From the IMG/VR virus record IMGVR_UViG_2547132269_000011, positions 1 to 7,675 of that record: DNA of 7,675 nucleotides. One strand, given 5' to 3'. Positions 6,542-7,675 of this stretch are shown here, piece by piece. This DNA comes from a virus (lineage: Duplodnaviria > Heunggongvirae > Uroviricota > Caudoviricetes). Positions within the stretch are counted from its first letter, which is position 1. Each line of letters starts with the position of its first letter. Below the pieces are notes generated by a model. The model searched no databases, was not told the origin of the DNA, and saw only the letters and a list, made by a program, of their open reading frames with translations. The position numbers were made by a program, and so were the translations under genes.

Positions 6542-6914
6542 TTTTCCCCAGCCCGGTGAGATTTACCGTTCTGCCGGTTTTCCCGATGTGGCCGTGGTCG
6601 GCATTCTGGAAGACGATATTCCGTGGGAAATGCCGTACCGCTGCCCGGACATTGTCTGGAATCCGTACCGCCGTAAATTCAGTATCCTTGTGCGTATCCT
6701 CGCTGACGGGCGCACCACAGACATCCCGCTGGGGCGTTTTCTGCGGGAATTTACCTGTGACCGTCCTGACCTGTTCAAACGCAGCCCCGTAAACCGGCAT
6801 GCGGTACTGAAAGAAATGGCCGGAGACCCGGAATTACAGAAATGGCGGGAAATTCCCCGCACGGAGCCTGACCCGGAAACCACCCCGGATAACAGTTACC
6901 GCAATTATCTGTAA
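6534..6914 (+). CDS. Hypothetical P4-like early protein, 126 aa
   Basis: ATG at 6534 overlaps the upstream stop (ATGTTTGA), which suggests translational coupling. GGGGAGA lies about 10 nt upstream. No recognisable domain. Confidence 0.6.
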   Translation: MFDFPQPGEIYRSAGFPDVAVVGILEDDIPWEMPYRCPDIVWNPYRRKFSILVRILADGRTTDIPLGRFLREFTCDRPDLFKRSPVNRHAVLKEMAGDPELQKWREIPRTEPDPETTPDNSYRNYL

Positions 6915-6987
6915 TTAAAAAACGACACCCGAAAAATTAAATGTGCGTATTCGCGCAGGGATACGCACGTCTTCAGGAGACGCAGAT

Positions 6988-7053
6988 ATGCCTTATCAGT
7001 TAATGCAACCGGCACGGAATGCAGTCATCTGTCACAGGGAGGAAAGCAAATGA
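6988..7053 (+). CDS. Possible 21-codon leader ORF coupled to the next gene
   Basis: ATG at 6988 with AGGAGA 7 nt upstream; its TGA (7051-7053) overlaps the ATG at 7050 as ATGA. Preceded by a hairpin GTGCGTAT/ATACGCAC at 6943-6968. Too short to support on sequence alone. Confidence 0.2.
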
Positions 7054-7370
7054 AAACACCCTTACCGCCCGTCTTACGCGCAGCCCTTTACCGTCGCGCT
7101 GTCGCCTGTGCCTGGCTGACCGTGTGCGAACGTCAGCACCGCTACCCGCATCTCACCCTTGAATCACTGGAGGCGGCCATCGCCGCTGAGCTGGAGGGCT
7201 TTTATCTGCGCCAGCACGGTGAGGAAAAAGGGCGTCAGATAGCCTGTGCCCTGCTGGAAGATTTAATGGAATCCGGCCCCCTGAAGGCCGCGCCGTCGCT
7301 GTCCTTTCTCGGGCTGGTTGTGATGGATGAACTCTGTGCCCGTCACATAAAAGCGCCGGTACTGCACTGA
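7050..7370 (+). CDS. Hypothetical P4-like early protein, 106 aa, immediately upstream of alpha
   Basis: ATG at 7050 with GGGAGG 6 nt upstream. Same strand and tight spacing with the alpha start. Confidence 0.6.
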
Positions 7371-7384
7371 AGGAGAACAACACC

Positions 7385-7675
7385 ATGAAAATGAACGTAA
7401 CCGCCACCGTCAGCCATGCGCTCGGCCACTGGCCGCGTATTCTCCCGGCGCTGGGGATTCAGGTGCTGAAAAACCGTCATCAGCCCTGTCCGGTCTGTGG
7501 CGGGAGTGACCGCTTCCGTTTTGATGACAGGGAGGGGCGCGGCACCTGGTACTGCAATCAGTGTGGTGCCGGTGACGGCCTGAAACTGGTTGAAAAGGTG
7601 TTTGGTGTTTCCCCGTCCGACGCGGCCGCAAAGGTGGCTGCCGTGACCGGCAGCCTGCCACCGGCTGACCCGGCA
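7385..7675 (+). CDS. alpha: Alpha primase/helicase, N-terminal zinc-ribbon region; 3' end beyond the window
   Basis: ATG at 7385 with AAGGAGA upstream. Translation MKMNVTATVSHALGHW...CPVCGGSDRFRFDDREGRGTWYCNQCGAGDGLKL carries a CxxC...CxxC zinc ribbon typical of P4-type primases. Open to the last base of the window. Confidence 0.85.
   Translation, partial: MKMNVTATVSHALGHWPRILPALGIQVLKNRHQPCPVCGGSDRFRFDDREGRGTWYCNQCGAGDGLKLVEKVFGVSPSDAAAKVAAVTGSLPPADPA

Noticed and set aside
6284-6883. Minus-strand ORFs (83, 123 and 106 aa) and a 101-aa plus-strand ORF overlapping the early genes
   Set aside because: Antisense to, or out of frame with, a coupled plus-strand gene series; spurious open frames in GC-rich DNA.
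7153-7661. Two minus-strand ORFs (84 and 83 aa) opposite the 106-aa gene and alpha
   Set aside because: Antisense to alpha, which has clear zinc-ribbon motifs; Arg/Pro-rich translations typical of reverse-frame artefacts.

Overview
This window reads as one arm of a P4-family phage satellite prophage (about 65% of a P4-sized element), with a single non-P4 cargo gene in the variable slot between the integrase and cos. Order: tyrosine integrase (1-1212, +); an AT-rich SIR2-like candidate antiphage gene (1240-2578, +) broken by a 10-bp tandem duplication at 1681-1710; terminator hairpins; the P2/P4 19-nt cos cohesive-end sequence (2796-2814); psu, delta and sid on the minus strand (2979-4856); a divergent control region with six TGTTCACC iterons (crr-like, 5026-5129); then vis, an RNA-immunity module (seqA, CI RNA with seqB, seqC), kil, three small early ORFs and the 5' end of the alpha primase, which runs off the window. 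The main finding is the SIR2-like cargo gene sitting where P4 carries gop/beta/cII: its two catalytic motifs are intact but now lie on opposite sides of the frameshift. Protein identities are from my recall of P4 and SIR2 family motifs; no database search was run, and the P4 protein lengths and cos sequence I compare against are also from memory.
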